A stretch of DNA of 64,000 nucleotides, taken from assembly GCF_018350175.1 (NCBI RefSeq), contig NC_058383.1, positions 7,504,001 through 7,568,000 of the forward strand. The letters run 5' to 3'. A model generated the notes under the pieces. That model worked only from the letters and a program-made list of their open reading frames with translations, searched no databases and was not told the origin of the DNA. This DNA comes from Felis catus. Lineage: Eukaryota. Position 1 is the first letter of the stretch. Each line of letters begins with the position of its first letter. Positions 25,701 through 36,089 of the stretch are shown here, piece after piece. Made by a program: the position numbers and the translations under genes.

Positions 25701-28700
25701 TATTCCTGAGAAAATGAATAGGAAAAATGAATCCTAATGATGTAGAACTAAGGATTTGTGGCTTGAGATAAAATTTCCAATAAAAGAACACACAATTCTT
25801 TAAAGTTTCCTTTCATGGGCTCCTGGGTGGCTCAGTCGGTTAAGCGTCAGACTCTTGATTTCTGCTCAGGTCATGATCTCATGGTTCATGACATTGAGCC
25901 CCACCTCCTGCTCTGCACTAATCGGAGTCTGCTTGGGATTCTCTCTCTCCCTCTCTCTCTGCCTCTCCTCTGCACTCCTGCACGTACACACACTCTCTCT
26001 CTCCCAAAATAAATAAAGAAATAAACATAAATTATAAAGTTTCCCCTCAAACAACTTAGAAGAGAGGATGATGTGCTCCAGAAAACTGCTTGAGGCTCAT
26101 GACGCAGTTCTATGATAATGAAAACTGATGTCACAGACAAACTACGAGTATTTCAGTTGACACCAGTTTCCTTGGGTTCTATGATCTCCCCCTTCTTCAT
26201 TTCCCCGCTCCCCGCATCTTTCTGGCAGCTCCCTCCTCATTCTCCATTCCATCTCTAAACCCTGGGGTTCCAAAGCCCAGTCACGGCCTTAGTTCCCCAT
26301 GCTACACTTTTCCTGAAGCAAACTCACCCACTCCTATAGGTTTGAAACCCATCTTCATGTCTGACCACATACAGATGAATGATGCATCTAGCTTTTGTTC
26401 TGAGTTCCAGATTCCTACAGCCACTTTACTCTTTGAAATCACCATTTGGATGTGTCACAAAGAGCTCAAACCTAATGGGCCCAAACCCAAGTGCTTGATC
26501 TTATCTCACAAATTTGTTCTTTCTCTACTTTTCCTCACTCCTCTCAAGTAACTGCTCAAGCCAGAAACTGATCATCTTAACATATTCTTGCCTCTCTCTC
26601 ACCTCCTCCCATATCCAATTCATTACCAAGTTCTGACAAGTTTACATACAAAACATATCTTAAAACCATCCACTTCTGTTTCCACTTTCAACATCCTCAT
26701 CTAAGCCACCAAAGTATCTAATCCTAGGACTCACTTGTCTACTCTTGTCACTACATACTTCATTTTTCAATTAATCACAAAGGGAGTCTTTTAGAACATT
26801 AATTTGATGATGTCAGCCCCACTCGGAGCACCTGGGTGGTTTAGTTGGTTAAGTGTCCAGCTTCAGCTCAGGTCATGGTCTGTTGAGTTTGACCCCCGCA
26901 CCAGGCTTGCCGCTGTCAGCACAGTGCCTGCTTTGTATCCTCTGTCCCCTCTCTCCCTGCCCCTCCCCTACTCACTCTCTCTCTCTAAAAAATGAATAAA
27001 CATTAAAAAAAAAAAACCTCATCAGTGGCTCCCAATGCACTTAAAATTCTTACTTTGTACATTAATCCGGAGCCACTTTCTTGCCTTACTTCCCCTTGGT
27101 CTCTGAACTCCAATCATACTGGCTTCCTTTCAAAACCTGGAATATGCCAAACTGCACCTTCTCTAAATTCTTTCTCTGCATCCTACTCCTCCTTCAGATT
27201 TCAGCTTAAATGTCATTTCCTTACAAGTGTGTTCCCTGACTGGCCCAATCTTGATTAGGTCTCTGTTATTTCCTGCCATGACATTCCATTCTTTTCCTTC
27301 ACTTCACCCAAACTGATTGTATTTATCAGATACCGCCCCTTCTATTTCCTACTGTGGGAGGACTCATCTCTCCCTGACAACTGTAAGAAACAGGAAGAGT
27401 GGTTCATTTATAGCAAGAGGCTTACACATTCACGACAATCACAATTCGACTCAACAAGCACTGCCAAAGGAGTGGACTTTCCATCTCCCAGTGAAAAATC
27501 CAATCCTTGCCCTCATACCAAGAGGTGCAAGAGATGGAATGGCATCACCGAGGCCGCCCAACTTCCCAAATTAGACGTACATCTCTGGCTCCTTATGTTA
27601 CCATGTTATCATAACACACAAAGTAGTTTATTGCCTTGGACTATCTTGTGTGATGTCTACATAGTCTTCCTAGAGTTTTCTTTCAAGTATGTACAAGCCT
27701 GTTTTTGGTGCAAGCCTGTTTCCCCCCAGATTGTTAAGTGTATTTATTTTCAAAATTTTAAACTTACTAACATATTGTCTAATATATTTTATTTCTCATT
27801 TTAAAATTTCCCAATACTGGGGCAGCTGGGTGACTCAGTCAATTAAGCATCCAATTCTTGGTTTTGGCTCAGGTCATGATCTCACTGTGAGTTCGAGCTC
27901 TGTGCTGGTAGTACAGAGATTCTCTGCTTAGGATTCTCTCTCCCCCTCTCTCTCTCTCAAAATAAATAAAATTTAAAAGAAAAACACTTTAAAATTTCCC
28001 CATATTACCATGGTTATTTTCTACATTTGTTTATTACCTGAAACACTAAAATGGTAAATTCTATGAAAGAAAGGATTATCTATTTTTTTCACCACTATAT
28101 TTCCAGTACCTAGCACAATGCCTGGAATAGAACATAAGGCATTAATAACTATTGTTAAAAGAATAAATAAATCTATATCCATGTTTATCTGCCCTCCATC
28201 CAATATCAAAGGCTAAGTGTCCTTTCTGAGTAAGAATAAACCCTCTGGCTCTCTTCTCATTCCCTTCACTCTCTCCTCCTTTATAAATAATTTTTCCTCA
28301 ACTTATTCATATGCTCATGACACACAGGCCAAGTCTCTTTTTTTTTTTTTTTTAAAGAAAGCTTAAAGGGGTACCTGGGTAGCTCAGTCGGTTAAGTGGT
28401 TAAGCATCTGACTTTGGCTCAGGCCATGATCTCACGGTTCGTGACTTTGAGCCCCGCATCAGATTCTCGGCTGTCAGCGCAGAGCCCGCTTCGGATCCTC
28501 TGTCCCCCTTTCTCTCTGCCCCTCCCTCACTCAATCTCTCTCAAAAATAAATAAACATTAAAATATAAAATAAATTAGGGGCGCCTGGGTGGCTCAGTTG
28601 GTTAAGCATCTGACTTCAGCTCAGGTCACGATCTTGCCGTTTGTGAGTTCAAGCCCTGCATCAGGCTCTGTGCTGACACTTCAGAGATTGGAGCCTGCTT

Positions 28701-31700
28701 CAAATTCTGTGTCCCATCTTTCTGACTTTTCATGACTTCCTACCTGTAATATCGTTGAGCATTTTCAAATTTTTATCCTCTTTGATGTCTCTGTAGCAGC
28801 ACAAGGCTAAACACTCCCTCTTTCTTGACATTCTCTCCTCCCCTGGCATCTGTGATGCCATACTCTCCTAGATTCTACCTTTCTGAGTTTTCTCTTAGTT
28901 CTTAGTTTTCTTCCTGTGCAGCTCTTCCTCTGCTTAACCCTAAACATTATGTTCCCCCTAAACATTATGGGTTTTCTATTCATTGCTCTTCTCTTTGCAC
29001 TCTACACCCTCCTCTTAGAAAATTTCATCCATTCTTACTGATGCAGATGATTCCCAAACCTGTATTTCCAGCCCAGACCTCTTTCTTAGATGCAAAAGCT
29101 CATCACAGACCCTCTAACTTGTCCAAAGCTAATTCACTGTCTGAAAATGTGCCCTTTCTTCTATATTCTCCATTTCAAATAATGGTTCTTTCAAGCACTT
29201 AGGTCAGAAAACAGGATCATCCTCAGATCCCACTGGTAACCATATCATACTGATCTTTCCTCCTAAAGATCTCAAATGTGTCTCTTCCTCTTCACTGCTA
29301 CTGCCTATCTTCCTTGTTTAGATCACTATTTCTGTGGGTCTAGTCATGCTCCCACTAATCCATCTCCCATGCCAGTGGCACAGTGAGCTTTCTAAAATAC
29401 AAATCTTACCAACTTTCCCCTAAAGAGGTCAATGGTTCCTCTTTACCTTTAAAATAAAATTCAAATTCCTTAGCCTGGCATGTAAGGCCTTTTATGATCT
29501 GGCCCTTGCATGCCTATAACCTTATCTCCCCCTACAACATTCTATCCCCCGCAAGGTACCTAAAAGCTACAATCATTAGCTCTCCTCCATAACTTTGCCA
29601 ATAAATATCACTCTGACCTTCATCCCCACCTCAGTTCACCCTACTAAATGATACTTCCAACACATGGCTCAAGTACTATCTTTTCTTGTTGCTTCACTAT
29701 ATACTAACTAATTTGGATGTAAATTTTAAAAAATAAAAAATAAAGTTAAATCAAAAAAGAAAAAAGTAGTATCTTTTCTTGGAAACTTTTTCAAGTCTAC
29801 TCCCACCTTGTAGCTTTCTTTTTTGCCTTCCTCACAAGCCTATTTCCCTTCCAACAGGCATTTATTAATTTATTCTACATTTACTCAGCACATCCTAAAA
29901 TGCCTGGTACACAGTAGGCATCCAACAACTATGGATTATATGACTAAATAACTGAATAAATGAAAGCCTTCTCTTCCACAGCAGCGTATCTCTTACAAGT
30001 AGCTGTGAGAGATAAATTATTTTGTTTGCAGAATTTCCTCTAGCAACCTAACCCTTGCCTCTGTCCTCCATCTCCAATTTTCAAGCCCAGGTAGGTTTTC
30101 CAAATCATGCTGAACTCACCAAAACCACTGCCTTCTCCTTTTTGTTGGTTTCTGATCCGAGAATGATTTTGAACTGTTTTTTTTCAGTTGAGCTTTCTGT
30201 CTGGGCTCACGTCCACTTTGGGCTTTCTCCATTTTCTCATCTTCTGGGAAGATAAAACAAAACACTCTATAGATAGTGAGGGCCAGTGAAATAAGGAAGA
30301 AGGATCATAATCTAATAGTTTCAAGACCTGGGTTGAAAATTTTCAGCCTGCCCACTGTCCCATTCCCTAATTTTGTGGAATAAGTACTTGAGCCAGATGT
30401 CAAAGTATATCTGACTATACTTACGGGCTCCTTTCTTTCCTTTGCTTAAGGAAAATCTATTGAATTTCTTCTCAGAAGGTGGAGGATCTGGCTGCCCTGG
30501 CTTAGGTGTCTCTATCACAGAGGTCACTCCAGCTTCCTTAGTGGCTGAAATCTCTAGAGTATGAGGTACCATTACCTTCTCTCTGAAAATAAGATTTTCT
30601 TTTTAATGAAAAGGCAAAAAGGAGCCATTTGTCATACCTTTGTTTCAAAACACCCAAGGATAAAAGTCAGGAGTATAGAAAAATCTAGGCTCTCCACAGC
30701 CTCCTGAGGCCATCTTATCCATCTATTTGCCTACTCTTCCCAGTTCAAACAGGTATCTGTCCTGAGCTGAGAGAAATCCATAGAGATACAAAAATGACTA
30801 GATAGACTTGGATCACCTGGGTGGCTGTCAGTTAAGTGTCTTACTTCACCTCAGGTCATGATCTCATGGCTTGTGGGATTGGGCCCCGCATCCACCTCTG
30901 TGCTGACAGTTCAGAGCCTGGAGCCTGCTTCAGATTCTGTGTCTCCCTCTCCCTCTGCCCCTCCCCTGCTCACGCTCTCTCTTTCTCTCTCAAAAATAAA
31001 ATAAAATATAAAGAAAATGACTAGATAGATAACCATTTACCAATGCTAAATCTACCCTGTGATCAACTTGCCTCACTGGGATAAACTTACCCATCAGCAT
31101 TATCATTATCAGTAGAAGAAGCAATTCCTGGTTCCTTGTCTAATTGGGTACGTCTTATGGGCTGGGCACAGGAAGTCTCTGAAAAATCAAGGCTAGATCC
31201 CATCTCTCCCAAAACAAAATACTATAAGCAGAGAAACAATTAAAGAAAATAATGACTCCATTATTTCCAAACTGCAACCTTCCGTTAAAATGATGCCTAG
31301 AAGAGTCCATCTTTGGAGTTTTGTCCAATAATAGACCTTTAAGCCTTAAAATTCTCAGGAAAAACTACAAATCTGTATCTTTTGGCAAGTCTTTCCAGAT
31401 TGATCCGCCTTGCTCCAGGATAGCCAAGTAATGTCAATTTTATTTTGTGTACATAAAATAAATCTTATGTAATGTATTTTAGACCATTTGTTCCTCAAAC
31501 TTTCTCTTGGAATAGAAGTACACCTAAGAATAGCTGAAAACATCAGACTAGTCTCCTTAGCCTCAGGACATATGGCAAAATCCTCAGGGTGTACACTGTA
31601 GAGTTCTTTATTCCAAAAATCAAATCCCTGAGCATATGTTAAAACAGTATTGGAAACAAATACACAAGGGTAGATGGAAACTAAGTTCTTCAAATCTAGT

Positions 31701-33517
31701 AAATACAATTTATCTTTTCTAAGTAGATTGTAAACATGTGAAAGTGAATTTAAGTTACGCTTAAAAAAACTATCTGAGACTGTATTTATATTCTGAAGTC
31801 AACGTAATCTATTTCAACTTAATCTATTTTTCTAGAAGTCTGTACCCCGTAAGGTAGTTTAGCTATAGTCCTGTTGATAGATGAAATATTTAAAAATATT
31901 TCAAAGCCATCTAATATTTCCTTACTTATAGGAAACTGGAGGGAAGGAAAAAAGCTGTCAATTTACTCTACCCCTTCAGATAACAGTTTGTCTAACTGAA
32001 ACTCTTTTTCTCTCACTATAAGCCATACCCAAACACTCCTGGAGGGACTTCCGTAGCACAATCTGGACAATCTCCTCAAATTCTGCATTGGTGAGACTTA
32101 ATTTTTCCTGCAGAGATAAGGGCAGAGAAGGAAAACCATTCATCTTTTCCCAGGTCTCCTCTCTGACCAGCCCTTAGATCAGCCAGTAAGTTCACAAGGC
32201 TGAGAGCATGAAGGTATTGTCCCTAAGGATTCTATAAACTCTGTCTCAGATTTCCTGGGAATAAAGGAGTCAAAGAAAAGGAAAATTTTATAAAGCCTCT
32301 GACCACATTTACTTTCACCTCCATTCCACCTCAATCCCTACCCACCTATTATTTCCAGCTAAAAGCTTTCTTCAAAACATTTTTCACCTCTTTAAGAAAA
32401 TAGAACCCCCAAGAAAGGAATAAAAAAACTTAAAGTACAGGGTAAAGTTCCCCTACATGAAAAGACTGTCTAGACTGGATGTCTAGAAGAAACTGTCCCA
32501 CTAGAACCCATCAATGAGACTGATACCTTTGCTTTCTTCTCTGCTTGCTTGTCTTTAGCCTTTCCTTTTTTCTCCTGGCCACTGCTTGGACCATTTTCTG
32601 TGGTTGCTTTCTGCTCCTTCTTCTCTAACCTGTCCTTTGAAGAACTGATCCCCAGGGTCTCCTCCTTGGGTGAGTTAGGGCTATAGCACATCAGGCTATG
32701 CATTTTTTGTACAGGTGGGGCGAAGGTTTTCTTTGACCCCTTCCCATGTTCTGAAAGAAATTTGATCATCAAATGGATTTATGAAACATAGAGTCTAGCA
32801 CAGAAAATGTCTGCACTGCCCATTGACTGGCCATATCAGAATTACCTGGAGAGAGCTTTTAACAAAATCAGATTACTAGGCCTCTCCTTTCCCACCCCAC
32901 CCCACCCCTTAAATTCTAAATAAACAGTTGGGAGTGAGGCTGAGGAATCTGTCATTTTGCAAGGCCACCTAGATTATTCAGCCAAGTTTACAAACTACTG
33001 AGTAATTAAAAGGTGACAAATATAAACATACAGAAAGCTGAATTATTCAAATGTGAAATTTAAAAAATTTGTTCATTTAACTTTAAAGAAAATTTTACAG
33101 GAAATCAGGAAGTTGAAAGAAAAAAAAAACTAGTGCAATGAAAATTACACTGATCCTCCCAGGTATAAACAGTATCTCTTTCTTCTGAGCTTCCATAACA
33201 TTTAATACTTCTCTGCTGGCATTTATCACATTCGAATTTGTATTATAGATATTTAATGTCTTTTGTCTCCCTATGAGTTCATATATTTCTTGAGCTAGAC
33301 TGCTTCTAAGTTGTATATATTTCACTCAAAGTTTCTAGAAAAGTAGTAACTTCAACAAAGTGTATACCAAATATATATAGACTGAACTTCCCTTTGGTGG
33401 GAAGTGTATCTACATTACCAGGGACTGAGAAAGAAGGAAAAAATGAGGGAAATGTACAAAAAAATGAATCTCCCTCATCCTTGACTCACCTTCTTTACTC
33501 TGCAACGTTGCCATCAT
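8263..33517 (-). CDS. ZCWPW1: Zinc finger CW-type and PWWP domain containing 1 (meiotic H3K4me3/H3K36me3 reader); 16 coding exons, about 625 aa once a +1 homopolymer frameshift at 30177-30184 is corrected
   Basis: Exons 5'->3' on minus: 33517-33490, 32750-32527, 32107-32029, 31178-31091, 30582-30425, 30243-30120, 22966-22850, 22107-21987, 21226-21151, 20728-20624, 19207-19124, 18276-18210, 17772-17669, 9882-9822, 9254-9120, 8570-8263. Motifs: MMATLQSKE start, [14 protein letters not shown], zf-[17 protein letters not shown]...WSC...[23 protein letters not shown]-terminal [16 protein letters not shown]. Confidence 0.96.
9120..9254 (-). CDS. ZCWPW1: ZCWPW1 penultimate exon (acceptor position uncertain)
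   Basis: [20 protein letters not shown]...[15 protein letters not shown]; donor gtaagg. Confidence 0.8.
9419..9471. repeat. (TC)n microsatellite
   Basis: Perfect dinucleotide run. Confidence 0.95.
9822..9882 (-). CDS. ZCWPW1: ZCWPW1 exon
   Basis: [20 protein letters not shown]; ttttcag acceptor, gtaagc donor. Confidence 0.88.
10056..11050 (+). mobile_element. Three SINEC copies (about 10056-10260, 10366-10575, 10820-11050)
   Basis: Three gg.cacctgggtggctcagtc-type heads, each with a CT tract and A-tail. Confidence 0.9.
11231..11370 (+). mobile_element. Short carnivore L1 3' end nested in the old L1
   Basis: TGATGAGCAC...ACCTGAAACTAATATTACACTGTATGTTAACTAACTGG plus A-tail; flanking duplication AAAGAAAAAGCC(T/C)TGA. 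Confidence 0.8.
11694..11905 (+). mobile_element. SINEC_Fc-type SINE
   Basis: TSD TTTAAACATAAAGCTATA. Confidence 0.92.
11905..12076. repeat. 4x [TTTAAACATAAAGC(TA)n] minisatellite followed by (GA)n
   Basis: Units start at 11905, 11941, 11971 and 12005. Confidence 0.92.
12633..12865 (+). mobile_element. Young SINEC_Fc-type SINE
   Basis: Near-identical to the copies at 19999 and 62796. Confidence 0.93.
14248..14568 (-). mobile_element. Tigger2-type non-autonomous Tc1/mariner DNA transposon
   Basis: TIRs CAGTTGACCCTT...AAGGGTCAACTG with TA duplication on both sides; interrupts L1 ORF2. Confidence 0.88.
15190..15660 (+). mobile_element. Head-to-tail SINE pair (young copy at 15417 inserted in the A-tail of an older copy)
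   Basis: Outer TSD AAAAACAGTCAGCT flanks the pair. Confidence 0.9.
17669..17772 (-). CDS. ZCWPW1: ZCWPW1 Glu-rich exon
   Basis: [39 protein letters not shown] boundaries. Confidence 0.88.
18210..18276 (-). CDS. ZCWPW1: ZCWPW1 exon
   Basis: [22 protein letters not shown]. Confidence 0.92.
19124..19207 (-). CDS. ZCWPW1: ZCWPW1 exon
   Basis: [28 protein letters not shown]. Confidence 0.93.
19861..20331. mobile_element. MER20-like hAT-Charlie element split by a young SINE
   Basis: tttctcaacc...gcaatgtctagagaca..tttggttgtcac...gatgctgttaaacatccta...aaagaattatctg.cccaaaatgtcaatagt. Confidence 0.75.
19999..20229 (+). mobile_element. Young SINEC_Fc-type SINE
   Basis: Intact A/B boxes and CpGs, (CT)n, A-tail; TSD AAAGACCAGAGATGCT. 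Confidence 0.95.
20624..20728 (-). CDS. ZCWPW1: ZCWPW1 PWWP exon
   Basis: [35 protein letters not shown]. Confidence 0.95.
21151..21226 (-). CDS. ZCWPW1: ZCWPW1 PWWP exon
   Basis: [25 protein letters not shown]. Confidence 0.95.
21987..22107 (-). CDS. ZCWPW1: ZCWPW1 zf-CW end/PWWP start exon
   Basis: [14 protein letters not shown]...[16 protein letters not shown]. Confidence 0.96.
22850..22966 (-). CDS. ZCWPW1: ZCWPW1 zf-CW exon
   Basis: [39 protein letters not shown]. Confidence 0.96.
25001..25563 (+). pseudogene. Candidate processed retrocopy of an unidentified mRNA
   Basis: GC-rich intronless block in an AT-rich intron; ends in an (AAAAC)n tail; imperfect flanking duplication AAAAGACAGCTGCCCAG / AAAACAGCTCCCAG. 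Confidence 0.55.
28368..28720 (+). mobile_element. Tandem SINEC pair, second copy 3'-truncated
   Basis: Heads at 28368 and 28578. Confidence 0.85.
28760..29965 (+). mobile_element. Degraded L2 fragment
   Basis: L2-like gatgattcccaaacctgtatttccagcccagacctct; 3' end tgcctggtacacagtaggca...tgaataaatgaa. Confidence 0.65.
29689..29763 (+). mobile_element. About 75-bp extreme 3' fragment of a felid L1
   Basis: Resembles 630-690; 18-bp TSD AAGTA(C/G)TATCTTTTCTTG at 29671-29688 / 29764-29781. Confidence 0.85.
30120..30243 (-). CDS. ZCWPW1: ZCWPW1 coding exon 6, 124 nt, carries the +1 frameshift
   Basis: [22 protein letters not shown], then [19 protein letters not shown] only in the shifted frame. 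Confidence 0.88.
30425..30582 (-). CDS. ZCWPW1: ZCWPW1 coding exon 5
   Basis: [12 protein letters not shown]...[24 protein letters not shown]; 158 nt, phase 2-1. Confidence 0.88.
31091..31178 (-). CDS. ZCWPW1: ZCWPW1 coding exon 4 (possible in-frame 27-nt extension to 31205)
   Basis: [30 protein letters not shown]; donor gtaagt. Confidence 0.82.
32029..32107 (-). CDS. ZCWPW1: ZCWPW1 coding exon 3
   Basis: [26 protein letters not shown]. Confidence 0.92.
32527..32750 (-). CDS. ZCWPW1: ZCWPW1 coding exon 2
   Basis: [13 protein letters not shown]...SPNSPKEET...QAEKKAK; AG/GT boundaries. Confidence 0.9.
33490..33517 (-). CDS. ZCWPW1: ZCWPW1 start-codon exon (UTR part extends to 33548)
   Basis: ATGATGGCAACGTTGCAGAGTAAAGAAG|gtgagt; acceptor ctaacag. 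Confidence 0.88.
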
Positions 33518-33816
33518 TTAGCTCAGAAGCTACACTTTCTTTGTGCCTCTGTTAGAAAAAAGAAATTAACTGCTGTGACTTTGATTGAACTTGATTTTAA
33601 ACTTTCTTCTCTATCTTGTTGGGCTTAGGATCTTTACCTGGGACTGCTGTACTACATTTTCTGCCCTCTTGTACTTTTACCTCCTCAGCAGTGCCAATCA
33701 CATGCCAGGGGATAATGAGAGTTACTGTTTTAAAGATTAGCAACATTCCTTCATGTTTTAAGTGCCTAGAGTCATGTCCAACGTAAGGTCGGCATTTGTC
33801 AGTAGTGGTAGTGATG

Positions 33817-34413
33817 TGTTAAAAAAAATTCACTGAGTAAATGTTGAAGATCTTATTGGCTTCATTCAGTGATTCATGAATTGGGAAGCATCTGACCTAA
33901 CAGATAGAAAGAACTCTGAGGAGCTGTACAAAATGAAAGACTTTTAGGGGCACCTGGGTGGCTCAGTCGGTTAAGCATCTGACTTCGGCTCAGGTCATGA
34001 TCTCATGATTTGTGGGTTAGAGCCCTATATTGGGCCCTGTGCTCACAGCTTAGAGCCTGGAGCCTGCTTCAGATTCTGTGTCTCCCTCTCTTTCTGCCCT
34101 TCCCCCGCTCATGCTCTGTCTCAAAAATAAACATTTAAAAACATTTTTTTTAAATGAAAGAGTTTTTACAGGCAGAAGGGAGCTGGAACAAGGAAGTTAC
34201 ACTAGGCAAACAAGCAAATTACCTATTGCAAGTCTACTTTCCTATAGGAGATGATAGGGGTCTATTAGGCAGATTACCTAAATAGTGCTGATCAAGTGAT
34301 TCCTGATTGACTATAAACCAAAATTCTATTTCTGGGAGAGCCAAAACTGTTTAGTCTTGGTTTGGTGACATGGGCTTAACATAACCAACTGAGTTTTGGG
34401 GCTGTTTTTAATA
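33817..34413 (-). mobile_element. Probable solo ERV1-type LTR with a nested SINE (about 33946-34150)
   Basis: Termini TGTTAAAAA...TTTTTAATA (degenerate TG..CA inverted ends), 4-bp TSD GATG; orientation inferred. Confidence 0.65.
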
Positions 34414-34428
34414 GATGGAAGTATAAAA

Positions 34429-34468
34429 AGTAGTAGTAGTAGTAGTAGCAGCAGCAGCAGCAGCAGTA
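34429..34468. repeat. Compound (AGT)n(AGC)n trinucleotide repeat
   Basis: agtagtagt...agcagcagc. Confidence 0.9.
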
Positions 34469-36057
34469 TGAACAGTCCTGAGAGTTAAAAAGTGAGAGTG
34501 TTCTTCATCTCACAAGGTTTTCCTAAATACTTAAAACACAAATAATCTGGCAATTCTCTGACCTAATTCAGAGGTCCCTATGCATAAAGAATCCCCTTTT
34601 TAACCCCCTTTTTAACATCACTATAATCTTTACTTAGATCTTCTAGTCCAATAAATTTTCCAATGTGCTAGATTCTAGCAATCCCTATTCAAGGCTCAGA
34701 AATATTTGGTAACCAGCAGCCATCCCCAGAGAAGCTAGTCATAGGCATCTAATACTTTCCACTCTATATCCTGAAACTATCTACCTGCAGATGTTCTATG
34801 CTACATCAGTATGCTTCATTATCACCATCAAAATCGTGACTAATAATAATAGGTGACACTTACTGAGCATCAACCATATTCTTTATCCTTTACATATGTC
34901 ATCTCACTTAATTCTCCCAGTAAATCTATGAGATAGGTACTTTTTTACACTTGGAGAAATTTAGGCTTAGAGGGACTTAGAGATAATAGGTAACTGATAA
35001 ATAGTAATTCAGGATTTGAACCCTCCTGATTTTTTTTTTTTTTTTACATTTTTTTAACGTTTATTTATTTTTGAGACAGAGAGAGACAGAGCATGAAGGG
35101 GGAGGGTCAGAGAGGGAGACATAGAATCCGAAGTAGGCTCCAGGCTCTGAGCTGTCAGCACAGAGTCTGATGCGGGGCTTGAACCCACGAACCATAAGAT
35201 CATGACCTGAGCCGAAGTCAGAAGCTTAACAGACTGAACCACCCAGGCGCCCCTGAACCCTCCTGATTTTAAAGTTTACGCTATTAACTATGGTGTGCTA
35301 TATCCCAAGAGTCTAATTCAGTGCTTCACAACCATTTTGATATTATAGCACATGTGGAAAGCACACATTAAAAGTACACATTGAAATACACAGAAAATTC
35401 TGTTTCCAGATACTTTGGATTTAAGGACCAGGCCTTTCACAGTGATAGACAACTGAGGGTTGGGAATGGGGAGACATCTAGTCATACAAAAGGCTGAAGA
35501 GATTTGTCTCCACACAGTTATGAGCCATTCGTGGCCCAGCAGAGTGCCAAGATTCCTCTTGTGAAGTTGCAATAATTTATACATTTTTTTCCAGTTTACA
35601 CTTCCACTATTGATACTATTTCTACTAATTAGAAGAAAAATATGTTTTTTTTATCAGCTTAAACTTCTTATAACTCTTCTACCCAGTTTTCTTTAGGCTT
35701 AAAGCATATAAGCCATTCTTATTTTTATAACAATTATAACAAGCATTGTACCTCTGGGAGGGTCCGCAGAGGTGATAAAATGCCAGCTCACCTTTTTACA
35801 GATCAAAAAAATAGGCAAAAAGCAGTTAAGTGATTTTCCCAAAGCCTCAGTGTTAATACATGGTAGAGACAGGATGAACCCAGACTTTTGCCTCTAAATT
35901 CTACTAATAACACATCTATTCTTCTCAATGATCTTATTTCTGGCTGTTGGTTTTGAGTAATTTGAAGGCCCTGGACCTGAAACTCAGTCTTCCAACTCTA
36001 TCATCTCCCATTATAAACAGACACAAAAGTAGCATAAAATGGATCTTATATATGAGA

Positions 36058-36058
36058 C

Positions 36059-36089
<31 letters not shown>
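36058..36089. repeat. (TCTA)n microsatellite
   Basis: Perfect tetranucleotide run. Confidence 0.9.
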
